A program made the position numbers and the translations under genes. Shown here in pieces: positions 8,815-16,777 of a stretch of 35,825 nucleotides of DNA; the stretch's first letter is position 1, and each line of letters starts with the position of its first letter. The stretch spans positions 1 through 35,825 of the forward strand of contig CAYJRR010000037.1 in NCBI GenBank assembly GCA_964372275.1, written 5' to 3'. The notes beneath the pieces are model-generated. The model saw nothing but the letters and a program-made list of their open reading frames with translations, did not search any database and was not told where the DNA came from. The stretch comes from an uncultured bacterium (GTDB taxonomy: Bacteria > CAYJRR01).

Positions 8815-9741
8815 TCAGTTCGACATGGGAATGATCGTTACTCGGCCCGCGGCGACGTTGATGTCACTCTCGATCAATACATCCGTGCCGGCTGCATAGC
8901 CCGAGCCGCCACCGCCGCCGCCACCGCAATATCCCCCGTTTCTGCCACCTCCACCGCCGCCGCCATAGTATCCGCCTCCTCCGCCACCCCCACAGCCGTT
9001 GTCCCCCACGCCTCCGGCGCCTCCCGCACCGAGCGTTCCGGGCATTCCCGGACTTCCGCCGTTGTCTCCAAGGCCTCCGCCGCCCCCGGCCGTCTGGGTG
9101 CCACCCGATCCGATGACCAGATCGGTGCACCCCGCCTGGCCATTCCCGCCCACGACTCCGCCGCCCACTCCGCCAGCGCCGTATTGACAGATGCCGCCAC
9201 CGCCGATGCCTCCGCCTCCACCGGCGACGACCACCCGGTAGTCCGTGGGCGTGATCGAATTGCCTCCTCGGCGCACGTCGGACGCGCCTCCGCCACCGGA
9301 TCCCGGACAGGAATCGGGCGAATCGCCTCCGTCGCCGCCTCCGTTGAAGCCTCCGGCGAGGCTGGGAGTCTCCGTACCGTGGTACCCACCACCGGTGCCA
9401 CCCACGTAGACGTAGAGCGTTTCTTCGGGAGTGACCTCGATGGTGGCTACCGTCCGCCCACCGCCGGCCATGTTCTTCTTGGCACCGCACACCTGTTTGC
9501 CACCCTTCGCCCCCAATGCCTCGACTCTCACTTTCGTGATGCCGGCGGGCACGACGTAGAGTTGCTCCGCCCCGGTGAAATAGAAGGTTGCCGGGAGCGG
9601 AAAAGGGGTTGGCGACGGAGTGCCGTCCGAAGACCGCCTCTCCTCTTCCGCTTCGCACCCGATGGCGTTCGCCACCCCGAGACAAGCCACGGCGACCATC
9701 AGGGCCGGAACCGTCATTTTCGAAGGGTTCGTCCTTTTCAT
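8815..9741 (-). CDS. Glycine-rich (ALK/LTK-like Gly-rich domain) putative lipoprotein
   Basis: Signal with lipobox-like AIG-C; FTGAEQLYVVPAG..VEALGAKGG, YVYVGG, GGFNGGG, GGGGASDVR, VVAGGGGG, GGGGGYYGGG. Confidence 0.8.
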   Translation of the reverse strand: MKRTNPSKMTVPALMVAVACLGVANAIGCEAEEERRSSDGTPSPTPFPLPATFYFTGAEQLYVVPAGITKVRVEALGAKGGKQVCGAKKNMAGGGRTVATIEVTPEETLYVYVGGTGGGYHGTETPSLAGGFNGGGDGGDSPDSCPGSGGGGASDVRRGGNSITPTDYRVVVAGGGGGIGGGGICQYGAGGVGGGVVGGNGQAGCTDLVIGSGGTQTAGGGGGLGDNGGSPGMPGTLGAGGAGGVGDNGCGGGGGGGYYGGGGGGGRNGGYCGGGGGGGSGYAAGTDVLIESDINVAAGRVTIIPMSN

Positions 9742-9809
9742 GGGACGTCAAGCTACTTCAGAACCGTTCTGGGAAGCGACCGGCTTTCGCAGGAGAAGAT
9801 GCGCGTTGA

Positions 9810-9995
9810 ACCTGCGCCCCGTCGGTGGTGATCCACGAAGCGGGCGACCTCCTCACCGACCTGTTCGGCGAACCGCTCCTCTACAACCGCCCGAACCCGA
9901 TCCATCCCCGCGGCCTGATCGCCACCAACCGGCGGGCGCTCCCGGTAGTGGTTAGGCTGATCGCCGAGCTCGCCGCCGGATTCGGGTTCACCTAG
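9810..9995 (+). pseudogene. Duplicated 3' fragment of cysQ (repeat copy 2)
   Basis: Translates TCAPSVVIHEAGDLLTDLFGEPLLYNRPNPIHPRGLIATNRRALPVVVRLIAELAAGFGFT*; no upstream cysQ sequence; the conserved EAGG reads EAGD. Confidence 0.88.
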
Positions 9996-10659
9996 CGGTG
10001 CCGGTCGACCGGCGGCCTCGTGTCGGCGCCGCCGCCACCGCCCGCTGAAGGCGCTCCGCCGCCTTGCGAACGCCACTCCGCGTGTGGCTCGCGAATCGCG
10101 CGGCGGCCGGCGCGAGATCGCCGGCCAGCGTCGGGTCCGTGTCGGCCAGCGACGCCAACGCGGCCAGGATGCGGCCGGCGTGCTTCGAGCCCCAGAGGTC
10201 GAGACCCTCGATGAGGATCGGAAGCGCCGCGCGCGCCGCCTTCGGCCCGGTCGAGGCGTATCCGGAGATGGCATCGAAGACGTAATCGCGCACGATCACG
10301 CTCTTGTCCTTGCGCGCGAGCTCGCAGAGGGCGGGAAGTCCCGCTTCGACCACCCGCGGCGCCTGCGACGAAACGAGCGCGAGGGCGTGCGCCGACTCCC
10401 AGCGCACGCGACCGTTCCGGTGATTCATCAGGAGACGAAGGAGGATTGCAGCGTGCGGCGCAATCCGCGACGGTGCCTGCTCGGCGACCTTGGTCATCAC
10501 TTCGGCACAGTCCCCCGCCAGGCGAGCGTCGGCGTCGGCGAGTCCCTGCACGATCTCGGCGAGGAGGTCCGGCTTCGCAAGACATCGTGCGGCGACCGCC
10601 ACGTTGGCGTCCTGCGTGCGCGAGCCGGATCGGGAAGAAAGCTTTTCGAGAAGTCCCAT
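9988..10659 (-). CDS. HEAT/ARM-repeat-like hypothetical protein
   Basis: ATG 10659 (MGLLEKLSSRSGSRTQDANV) after AGGAG; helical repeats such as HRNGRVRWESAHALALV and KDKSVIVRDYVFDAI. Confidence 0.7.
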   Translation of the reverse strand: MGLLEKLSSRSGSRTQDANVAVAARCLAKPDLLAEIVQGLADADARLAGDCAEVMTKVAEQAPSRIAPHAAILLRLLMNHRNGRVRWESAHALALVSSQAPRVVEAGLPALCELARKDKSVIVRDYVFDAISGYASTGPKAARAALPILIEGLDLWGSKHAGRILAALASLADTDPTLAGDLAPAAARFASHTRSGVRKAAERLQRAVAAAPTRGRRSTGTAR

Positions 10660-10729
10660 CGGACCGGGGCTCCTACCACGACACGATCCGGCCGCAAAGG
10701 CGGTCCTCGAAACCCCGGCAGATCCCGGG

Positions 10730-11143
10730 CTAGGCAACGGTGATACCGGAGCTCCGGGCGGCGGACGCGAGATCGCGATCCAGCGTCGCGAGACCGCACC
10801 CGTGCCGCTGGGCGAGCTCCAGGTAGGCGGCATCGTAGGCCGAAAGACCGTACTCCCAGGCCAACGCGTGAATGCGTGAGACGGTCGATGCGGGAGGCGC
10901 TCCGTCCGTCGACAAGGGAAGGCGTCGATACAGGTCGATCAGCTGGACGACATCGGCCTCCGTGAGCCGTTGGCGCCGTCGGGCGGCGGTCAGCGCGTTC
11001 GTCAGCTCGTACCACCAGAGGGCGGGGATCCAGAGCAGGTCCTCCACCGCGAGGTCCCGACGAAACCGATCCGCCTGGGCCGAACGCTCGTCGGGCAAGG
11101 ACCAGGCGAGCGCGACGGAGCAGTCCAGCACCCAGGCCGTCAA
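10730..11143 (-). CDS. vapC: VapC PIN-domain toxin
   Basis: WVLDCSVALAW, WWYELTNAL, LSAYDAAYLELA, LATLD (four acidic PIN residues); TTG start overlaps the antitoxin stop (TTGA). Confidence 0.9.
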   Translation of the reverse strand: MTAWVLDCSVALAWSLPDERSAQADRFRRDLAVEDLLWIPALWWYELTNALTAARRRQRLTEADVVQLIDLYRRLPLSTDGAPPASTVSRIHALAWEYGLSAYDAAYLELAQRHGCGLATLDRDLASAARSSGITVA

Positions 11144-11388
11144 TGCCGCCGGCCCTCGTCGATCAATTCGCGTACTCGGACCGGGCCCGGGACGCGCTTG
11201 CGGATCTCGCGGAGCGCCTTCCAAACCTGATCCGGTTCCATCGGCTCGCCCTCCTCGGGACCCGGAGGAACGAGTCGGGCCACCACCTTTCCCCGCCGCC
11301 GGATGGCGAACGACCGCCCTCGCTCGGTTTCGCGCAACAGCTCCGAAAGGCGGGTCTTCGCCTCGAACGCCCCGATCTCGTTTTTCAT
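11140..11388 (-). CDS. Phd/YefM family antitoxin
   Basis: IGAFEAKTRLSELL...I-RRGKVVARLVP prevent-host-death signature; directly upstream of the PIN toxin. Confidence 0.9.
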   Translation of the reverse strand: MKNEIGAFEAKTRLSELLRETERGRSFAIRRRGKVVARLVPPGPEEGEPMEPDQVWKALREIRKRVPGPVRVRELIDEGRRH

Positions 11389-11427
11389 CTAGTTGTATAG
11401 ACTAGTTTGTTCGGCGCGGAGGGGCAA
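11389..11427 (-). promoter_or_regulatory. TA operon promoter with overlapping operator
   Basis: Minus strand TTGCCC (11427-11422), 17-nt spacer, TAGTCT (11404-11399); inverted repeat CTAGT-N7-ACTAG (11389-11405) overlaps the -10 and predicted start site. Confidence 0.65.
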
Positions 11428-11557
11428 GAACGCTCTCGCGCGGCGCCGGCGTGGCGCAAAGTTCCCGCTTGCCTCCGGGACGCCGCCGGACGTAGCAAGA
11501 GTCCCTTGGCGGCCCGGTCGGACCGTCGATCCTGCGCGCAATCACGGAGCCTTCGAG

Positions 11558-12478
11558 ATGACGAACCGCGTGAACGAGATCCTGGGGTGGTACCGGAGCG
11601 AGAATCCGGGCGTCCTGAACAACCTCGCCCGCCTGCTGAACCACGGGAAGCTGGCCGGCACCGGACGGCTGGTGATCCTGCCTGTCGACCAGGGGTTCGA
11701 GCACGGGCCAGCGCGCAGCTTCGCGATGAATCCGCCCGCCTACGATCCCGACTACCACTACCAGCTGGCGATCGAGGCCGGCTGCAACGCCTACGCGGCG
11801 CCGCTCGGTTTCCTCGAAGCCGGGGCGGCGGAGTACGGCTGGCGCATCCCGACGATCCTCAAGGTGAACAACCACGACGTCCTCCAGGACGAGAAGGATC
11901 CGCTCGGCGCGCAGACCTCCTCGGTCTCGGACGCGCTGCGTCTCGGCTGCGCGGCGATCGGCTACACCATCTACCCCGGGACGCTGGACCGCCGGCTGCA
12001 GTACGAACAGCTCCGCGAGCTGATCCGCGAGGCGCGCGCGGTGGGGCTGCCGACCGTGGTCTGGTCCTACGCCCGCGGCGGGGCGATCAGCAGCAAGGGG
12101 GAGACGGGTCTCGACGTGATCGCCTACGCGGCGCACATCGCCGCCGAGCTCGGCGCGCACGTGGTGAAGGTGAAGCTGCCGAGCGAACACCTGGAGCAGG
12201 AGGCGGCGAAGAAGGTCTACGAGGCGGCGAACGTGCCGCGCGAGACGCTCGCCCAGCGGGTGCGCCACGTCATCCAGGGCACCTTCAACGGGAAGCGGAT
12301 CGTGATCTTTTCGGGCGGCGCCAAGAAGGAGAACGACGAGGCGATCCTCGACGAGGCGCGCGCCATCCGCGAAGGGGGCGGCTTCGGCTCGATCATGGGG
12401 CGCAACGCCTTCCAGCGGGAGAAGGGGGCGGCGCTGCGGCTCCTCGGCAACGTGATGAAGATCTACGGCGCCGCGTAG
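11558..12478 (+). CDS. fbaB: Class I fructose-bisphosphate aldolase (DhnA/FbaB type)
   Basis: ILPVDQGFEHGPARSF, NAYAAPLG, WSYARG, VVKVK (Schiff-base Lys), FSGG, GSIMGRNAFQR. Confidence 0.92.
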   Translation: MTNRVNEILGWYRSENPGVLNNLARLLNHGKLAGTGRLVILPVDQGFEHGPARSFAMNPPAYDPDYHYQLAIEAGCNAYAAPLGFLEAGAAEYGWRIPTILKVNNHDVLQDEKDPLGAQTSSVSDALRLGCAAIGYTIYPGTLDRRLQYEQLRELIREARAVGLPTVVWSYARGGAISSKGETGLDVIAYAAHIAAELGAHVVKVKLPSEHLEQEAAKKVYEAANVPRETLAQRVRHVIQGTFNGKRIVIFSGGAKKENDEAILDEARAIREGGGFGSIMGRNAFQREKGAALRLLGNVMKIYGAA

Positions 12479-12496
12479 CACGCGCCGGAACGGTCG

Positions 12497-13546
12497 ATGC
12501 CCGTGGGCCGCACGATCACACTCATCCGCGGGGACGGCATCGGGCCGGAGGTGGTCGCGGCCGCCGTGGAGGCCGTCGACCTGCTCGCGACCGGAATCGT
12601 CTGGGAGGAGCGACCGGCGGGCGCCTCCTCGCTCGGGTCGAACGGCTCGCCGCTGCCGCCGGCGACGCTGGACTCGATCCGGCGCACGCGGCTGTGCTTC
12701 AAAGGGCCGCTCGCCACGCCGATCGGGCGCGGCTACCGCAGCGTCAACGTGGCGCTGCGTCAGGAGCTCGACCTGTTCGCCAACGTGCGGCCGGTCCGTT
12801 CGATCCCTGGCGTCCCCTCCCGTTACGACAAGGTCGACATCGTCGTGGTCCGGGAGAACACGCAGGGGATGTACTCCGGCGTCGACCACTACGTCGACAA
12901 CAAGCGGTCGGCCGGCGAGTCGATCTCGATCATCACCCGCGCCGGATCCGAACGGCTGGCGCGCTTCGCCTTCGATTACGCGAGGGCCGAAGGGCGCCGG
13001 AAGGTGACGATCGTCCACAAGGCGAACATCCTGAAGAAGACCTCCGGTCTGTTCCTCGACGTCGTGAAAGAGGTCGCGGCCGGGTACTCGGACATCGCCT
13101 GCGACGAGATCATCATCGACAACTGCTGCATGCAGCTGGTGAAGGACCCGACGCGCTTCGACACGCTGGTCACCACGAACCTCTTCGGCGACATCCTCTC
13201 CGACCTGACCGCCGGCTTGGTCGGCGGGCTCGGGGTCGCGCCGGGTGCGAACATCGGCACCGACGCCGCGCTCTACGAGGCGGTCCACGGCACCGCCCCC
13301 GACATCGCCGGGAAGGGGATCGCCAACCCCGCGGCGACGATGCTGGCCGCGGTGCTGATGCTCAAGGACCTGGGGGAGCGCGAGGCCGCCTCGCGCCTCG
13401 AGCGCGCCGTGATCGCCGCCCTCGGCGACCCCCAGGCGCGGACCCCCGACCTCGCGGGTCACGGAAACACACGCACCTTCACCGACCGGGTCCTCGCCGA
13501 GCTCCGCGCCGCCGCGCACGCGGGCGGCCACCCCGCTACCCCCTAG
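12497..13546 (+). CDS. Isocitrate/isopropylmalate dehydrogenase family, probably NAD-dependent isocitrate dehydrogenase
   Basis: GDGIGPEV, KGPLATPIG.GYRSVNVALR, REN, VHKANILK, NLFGDILSD, EAVHGTAPDIAG.GIANP. Confidence 0.9.
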   Translation: MPVGRTITLIRGDGIGPEVVAAAVEAVDLLATGIVWEERPAGASSLGSNGSPLPPATLDSIRRTRLCFKGPLATPIGRGYRSVNVALRQELDLFANVRPVRSIPGVPSRYDKVDIVVVRENTQGMYSGVDHYVDNKRSAGESISIITRAGSERLARFAFDYARAEGRRKVTIVHKANILKKTSGLFLDVVKEVAAGYSDIACDEIIIDNCCMQLVKDPTRFDTLVTTNLFGDILSDLTAGLVGGLGVAPGANIGTDAALYEAVHGTAPDIAGKGIANPAATMLAAVLMLKDLGEREAASRLERAVIAALGDPQARTPDLAGHGNTRTFTDRVLAELRAAAHAGGHPATP

Positions 13547-13555
13547 GAGAGAACG

Positions 13556-13858
13556 ATGTCGACCCGCTCACCCGACCCCAAGACGCTGAACATCCAGATC
13601 CAGGCCGACGACGAGACCAAGCAGGGGGCCTACGCCAACATGGCGATGATCGCCCACTCGCCGGAGGAGTTCGTCCTCGACTTCATCTTCGTCCTGCCGA
13701 ACCCGCCCTACGGCAAGCTGCGCTCCCGCCTGATCATGAGCGCCTCCCACACCAAGCGCTTCCTCCGCGCCCTCCAGGAGAACGTCGCCCGCTACGAACA
13801 ACAGTTCGGCACCATCCCCGACTCGTCGACGCCGTTCCCCAGCGGCCAGATCAACTAG
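13556..13858 (+). CDS. DUF3467 family protein
   Basis: GAYANMAMIAHSPEEFVLDF...SRLIMSASHTKRFLRALQENVARYEQQFG pattern; AGGAG RBS. Confidence 0.85.
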   Translation: MSTRSPDPKTLNIQIQADDETKQGAYANMAMIAHSPEEFVLDFIFVLPNPPYGKLRSRLIMSASHTKRFLRALQENVARYEQQFGTIPDSSTPFPSGQIN

Positions 13859-14409
13859 TCGCGGTCGGTGACGGCGACGGAGGCGCGGACGCGCAAGCCG
13901 AGCTCGGCGCCGAAGCGGTCGCGCATCGTCCACGAGCCGCGGACGTACGGGGAGAAGATCCACCACGCGCCCCAGACGGTCGCCTGGCCGCCGACGTCGA
14001 GGCGGTTGTCGTCGTCGACGAAGACCGGCCCGGCGCCGAATCCGAACGCGAGGCCGCCGCGCCGCGGGTCGAACGGCTGGCCGTCGTAGTGCCGGTGGAA
14101 GTACTCGTGGAGCTCGATCGCGGTGCGCGAGCGGCCGCCGCCCCACTGAACGCGCGATCCCTCGATCCCCCAGTTCGCGAACCAGCGCAGCGGCGGCTGG
14201 CCGGTGCGATAGAGGTCCTCCTGCGGCGGGAACCACTCTTCCGGAGGGATGTGCAGGTACCCGACCTCGACGCCGGCCGGGACGGCGAGGCCGGCGCCGT
14301 CGTAGCGGACGCCGCCGGTGACGCCGAGGAAGATCCGGTCCTCCTGCTGCGCCCGCGCCGTTCCGGCGGCGAGCAGGACGAGCGCGGCCACGGCCGCCGC
14401 CCGCACCAC
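13855..14409 (-). CDS. Secreted hypothetical protein, possibly an outer-membrane beta-rich protein
   Basis: Last 184 codons of ORF 13855..16341: signal AAAVAALVLLAAGTARA|QQ, then amphipathic strands (LAFGFGAGPVFV, FSPYVRGSW, FGAELGLRVRA). Start approximate. Confidence 0.6.
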   Translation of the reverse strand: MVRAAAVAALVLLAAGTARAQQEDRIFLGVTGGVRYDGAGLAVPAGVEVGYLHIPPEEWFPPQEDLYRTGQPPLRWFANWGIEGSRVQWGGGRSRTAIELHEYFHRHYDGQPFDPRRGGLAFGFGAGPVFVDDDNRLDVGGQATVWGAWWIFSPYVRGSWTMRDRFGAELGLRVRASVAVTDRD

Positions 14410-14420
14410 CGCCCGGACGG

Positions 14421-14687
14421 TCAGATCTGCATGCAGAAGGAACAGGTCTCCGGGGCCATACCGTGCTGGCATTTGCCCGTCACGGGATCGAGCCGTATCA
14501 GCGACAGCTTCTGTTTCAGCGTGAGCGGCTTCAGCGCCGGGCGCGGCGAGGGGCTCGAGGCCTCCGTCTTCGCCGCGGCGGGCGCCTTCGACGCCTTGGC
14601 CGGGCTCGCCTTCTTCGTGGGGCGCTTCGCGACCGCCTTCTTGGCCGTCTCGACCTTCTTGGCCTTCTTGGCCACCGATTTCGCCAT
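14421..14687 (-). CDS. Small Lys/Ala-rich histone-H1-like protein with a C-terminal Cys/His cluster
   Basis: MAKSVAKKAKKVETAKKAVAKRPTKKASPAKASKAP...CQHGMAPETCSFC; host-like GC-rich third positions (AAG, GCC). Confidence 0.75.
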   Translation of the reverse strand: MAKSVAKKAKKVETAKKAVAKRPTKKASPAKASKAPAAAKTEASSPSPRPALKPLTLKQKLSLIRLDPVTGKCQHGMAPETCSFCMQI

Positions 14688-14725
14688 CGAGGCGAACGAT
14701 ACGACCGACCCCGATCCCCGCGCAA

Positions 14726-14818
14726 CTACAGCCGGCCGAGAACGCGTGCGGCGACGAGGCCGAGGAGGACGAGCGCGAGGAGCAACGCCGCCCAGAGGTA
14801 GACGGGGGACGGATCCAT
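14726..14818 (-). CDS. Putative 30-aa single-transmembrane small protein
   Basis: MDPSPVYLWAALLLALVLLGLVAARVLGRL fills the gap between two genes. Confidence 0.4.
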   Translation of the reverse strand: MDPSPVYLWAALLLALVLLGLVAARVLGRL

Positions 14819-14859
14819 CGGTTGGCGGGGGGGCGCCTCGGGCACGGTAAGATCATCGC

Positions 14860-15255
14860 ATGGTCCGACTCCTCGCCGGCCTCCTCTTCGCCGCGGCCCC
14901 CGCGGCCGCGCCCCAGGTCGATCCGAACGGGTTCCCCGCTCCAAACCTCCAGGGCTGGGAGAAGAAAGGGACGATGACGACCGACGCGACGCTCGCCATC
15001 GAGGGACCCGAGACGACGGTCGAGGCGTACGAGAACGGAAAGGGGGACCGGATCCTGCGGCTCTCGCTCCACGGCGTCGTCTGGGCCTACGGCGTCCTCC
15101 CCAAGGGGAATCCGCTGGCCGGCTACATCCTGCGCGATCCGACCTGCTCCCGCCGCCTGACCGAGAAGTGGTCCCCCGACGCCCCCTTCACGGCGCCGGA
15201 CTGCGCGGTGAAGGCGAAGCGACCGTCCGGCCCCTCGGGCTCCCCGAACCCCTAG
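14860..15255 (+). CDS. Secreted hypothetical protein
   Basis: Signal MVRLLAGLLFAAAPAAA; two Cys near the C-terminus; TAAGAT 6 nt upstream. Confidence 0.65.
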   Translation: MVRLLAGLLFAAAPAAAPQVDPNGFPAPNLQGWEKKGTMTTDATLAIEGPETTVEAYENGKGDRILRLSLHGVVWAYGVLPKGNPLAGYILRDPTCSRRLTEKWSPDAPFTAPDCAVKAKRPSGPSGSPNP

Positions 15256-16409
15256 TCCTTGGTGATGTGGAACTCGACCCGGCGGTTGAGGGCCTTGCCG
15301 GCGGGGGTCTGGTTGTCGGAGATCGGGCTCGTCTCGCCCAGGCCCACGGCGCGCATCCGCGAGCCGGAAACTCCGGCGCGCATCAGGTAGGCGCGCACCG
15401 AGTCGGCGCGGGCCTTCGACAGCTCGAGGTTCACCGTCGCGGCCCCGTCGGAGTCGGTGTGGCCCTCGATGCGGACCTCCATCGTGCCGTTCGCCTTCAG
15501 CACCGAGGTGATCTCGTCGAGGATCGGGTACGACTCGCGGAGGATGATCGCCATCGCCGTCTGGAAGTGGATCATCTGCTTCAGCTCGATCCGCTTCTTC
15601 TCGCGGTTGACGATCAGGAACTTGAACTCCGGACAGCCGCCGTTGGTCGGCGGGCCCACGGTGTCGGGGCACTTGTCGGCGTCGTCGACGACGCCGTCGC
15701 GGTCGCGGTCCGGCGGAGGACAGCCGCGGTAGGCGACCGGCCCGGCGACGGTCGGGCAGCCGTCGGTCGAGTCGGGGACGCCGTCCCCGTCGGCGTCGCG
15801 CACCGGACAACCTTCGTTGGTCGGCGGACCGGGATCGGCAGGGCAGGCATCGCGCACGTCGGGCGTCCCGTCCGTATCGCTGTCGATCCGGTTCACGTCC
15901 GGAGTCGGGGTGGGCGTTGGGGAGGCGACGACGATCACCACCGGCGTGGGGGTCGGGGTCGGCGTCTCGCGGACGATGATCACCTGCGGCGTGGGGGTCG
16001 GCGCCGGCGTCGAAACGACCACCACCGGCGTGGGGGTCGGTTTCGGGGTCGGCTTCGGCGTCGGCGGCGGCGTGGGGGTCGGGGTGGGGGTCGCCTTCGC
16101 CACCCGCTCGCAATTCTTGGCGCCGCGCTGCGCGGCCTTGGCCATGCGGAACCCCTCTTCGAGGTGGTCCTCGGCCCGGATGTAGTCCCCCTGCTTGAGC
16201 TCCATCATCGCGAAGTCGAGCTGCGACTCCGACCGCGCGAGCTCCTCGGGCGCGCACTCCTTCGCCCCCATCGCCTGCGCCCGCGCCAGTTCGGAGCGCA
16301 ACGCGTCCTCCCGAGCCTTGATGTTCGCCGGGCTGCCGCACGCCGCGAGCGCAGATGTCGCGAGTCCGGCGAGGGCGGCGGCACGGAATCCGAGGGATCG
16401 GCGCGTCAT
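15252..16409 (-). CDS. OmpA-family lipoprotein: DUF4398-like domain, PT linker, thrombospondin type 3 repeats, OmpA C-terminal domain
   Basis: Lipobox LAAC; TPTPTP linker; three DxDxDGxPD..D.CP repeats; IHF, VRIEGHTDS, NLELSKARADSV, NRRVEF. Confidence 0.92.
   Translation of the reverse strand: MTRRSLGFRAAALAGLATSALAACGSPANIKAREDALRSELARAQAMGAKECAPEELARSESQLDFAMMELKQGDYIRAEDHLEEGFRMAKAAQRGAKNCERVAKATPTPTPTPPPTPKPTPKPTPTPVVVVSTPAPTPTPQVIIVRETPTPTPTPVVIVVASPTPTPTPDVNRIDSDTDGTPDVRDACPADPGPPTNEGCPVRDADGDGVPDSTDGCPTVAGPVAYRGCPPPDRDRDGVVDDADKCPDTVGPPTNGGCPEFKFLIVNREKKRIELKQMIHFQTAMAIILRESYPILDEITSVLKANGTMEVRIEGHTDSDGAATVNLELSKARADSVRAYLMRAGVSGSRMRAVGLGETSPISDNQTPAGKALNRRVEFHITKD
15898..16098 (-). 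repeat. Pro-Thr coding low-complexity repeats
   Basis: Repeated ACGCCG/ACCCCG units encoding TPTPTP, interrupted by three short V/I-rich segments. Confidence 0.8.
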
Positions 16410-16723
16410 CTCAACTTTTCTTCTTCGACCTCGGCCGGGGTCGGCGTGGGGACCGCTTCGCCGGCCGCCGTCTTGGCGTAGACGATCGCCTTCTGCGCCA
16501 ACAGCTCGGCCAGCTCGAAGTGCGAGTAGCCGGCCTCCTCCTTCGCCTTGACGTAGTACTCGCGCGCCAACGCCAGCTCGTAAGGCATCGGCTTGGCGGC
16601 CTGGACCTTCGTCGCCCGCTGGATCGCCGCGCGGGCCTGCCAGATCGCCTTGCTCGACCGCGTCGGCCCGCACGCGGCGAGCGCGAGGAGGGCGAGGACG
16701 ACCGGCGCCGAAAATCGCGTCAT
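16406..16723 (-). CDS. DUF4398-like lipoprotein
   Basis: MTRFSAPVVLALLALAACG lipobox; PYELALAREYYVKAKEEAG motif; ATGA overlap with the OmpA gene. Confidence 0.8.
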   Translation of the reverse strand: MTRFSAPVVLALLALAACGPTRSSKAIWQARAAIQRATKVQAAKPMPYELALAREYYVKAKEEAGYSHFELAELLAQKAIVYAKTAAGEAVPTPTPAEVEEEKLR

Positions 16724-16777
16724 CGACGTGAATCCTACCACGGAGAGGCGCAACGACTTCGTCCCGCTCGCGAACCC

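Noticed and set aside
9759..9771. LexA/SOS box
   Set aside because: The GAAC-GTTC spacing is 1 nt, not the 4 nt of the Gram-positive box; kept only as a generic palindrome.
9951..9957. Integron core site GTTAGGC
   Set aside because: It lies inside the cysQ duplicate; I found no matching inverse core or attC stem, and no integrase.
8450..9995. Diversity-generating retroelement TR/VR pair
   Set aside because: Mismatches are not confined to adenines of one copy (they include T/G, T/C, C/G and G/T), and there is no reverse transcriptase in the window.
8636..11430. Prophage or IS element
   Set aside because: No phage, transposase or recombinase genes and no terminal inverted repeats recognised.
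11407..14850. 1147-aa ORF and other long alternative-frame ORFs (for example 2802..5354, 17521..19947, 27356..29407)
   Set aside because: Arg/Pro/Gly-rich shadow frames overlapping well-supported genes, as expected in very GC-rich DNA.
15640..16098. CRISPR-like or non-coding tandem repeats
   Set aside because: The repeats are in-frame PT linker and TSP3 coding units with no unique spacers, and no cas genes are present.
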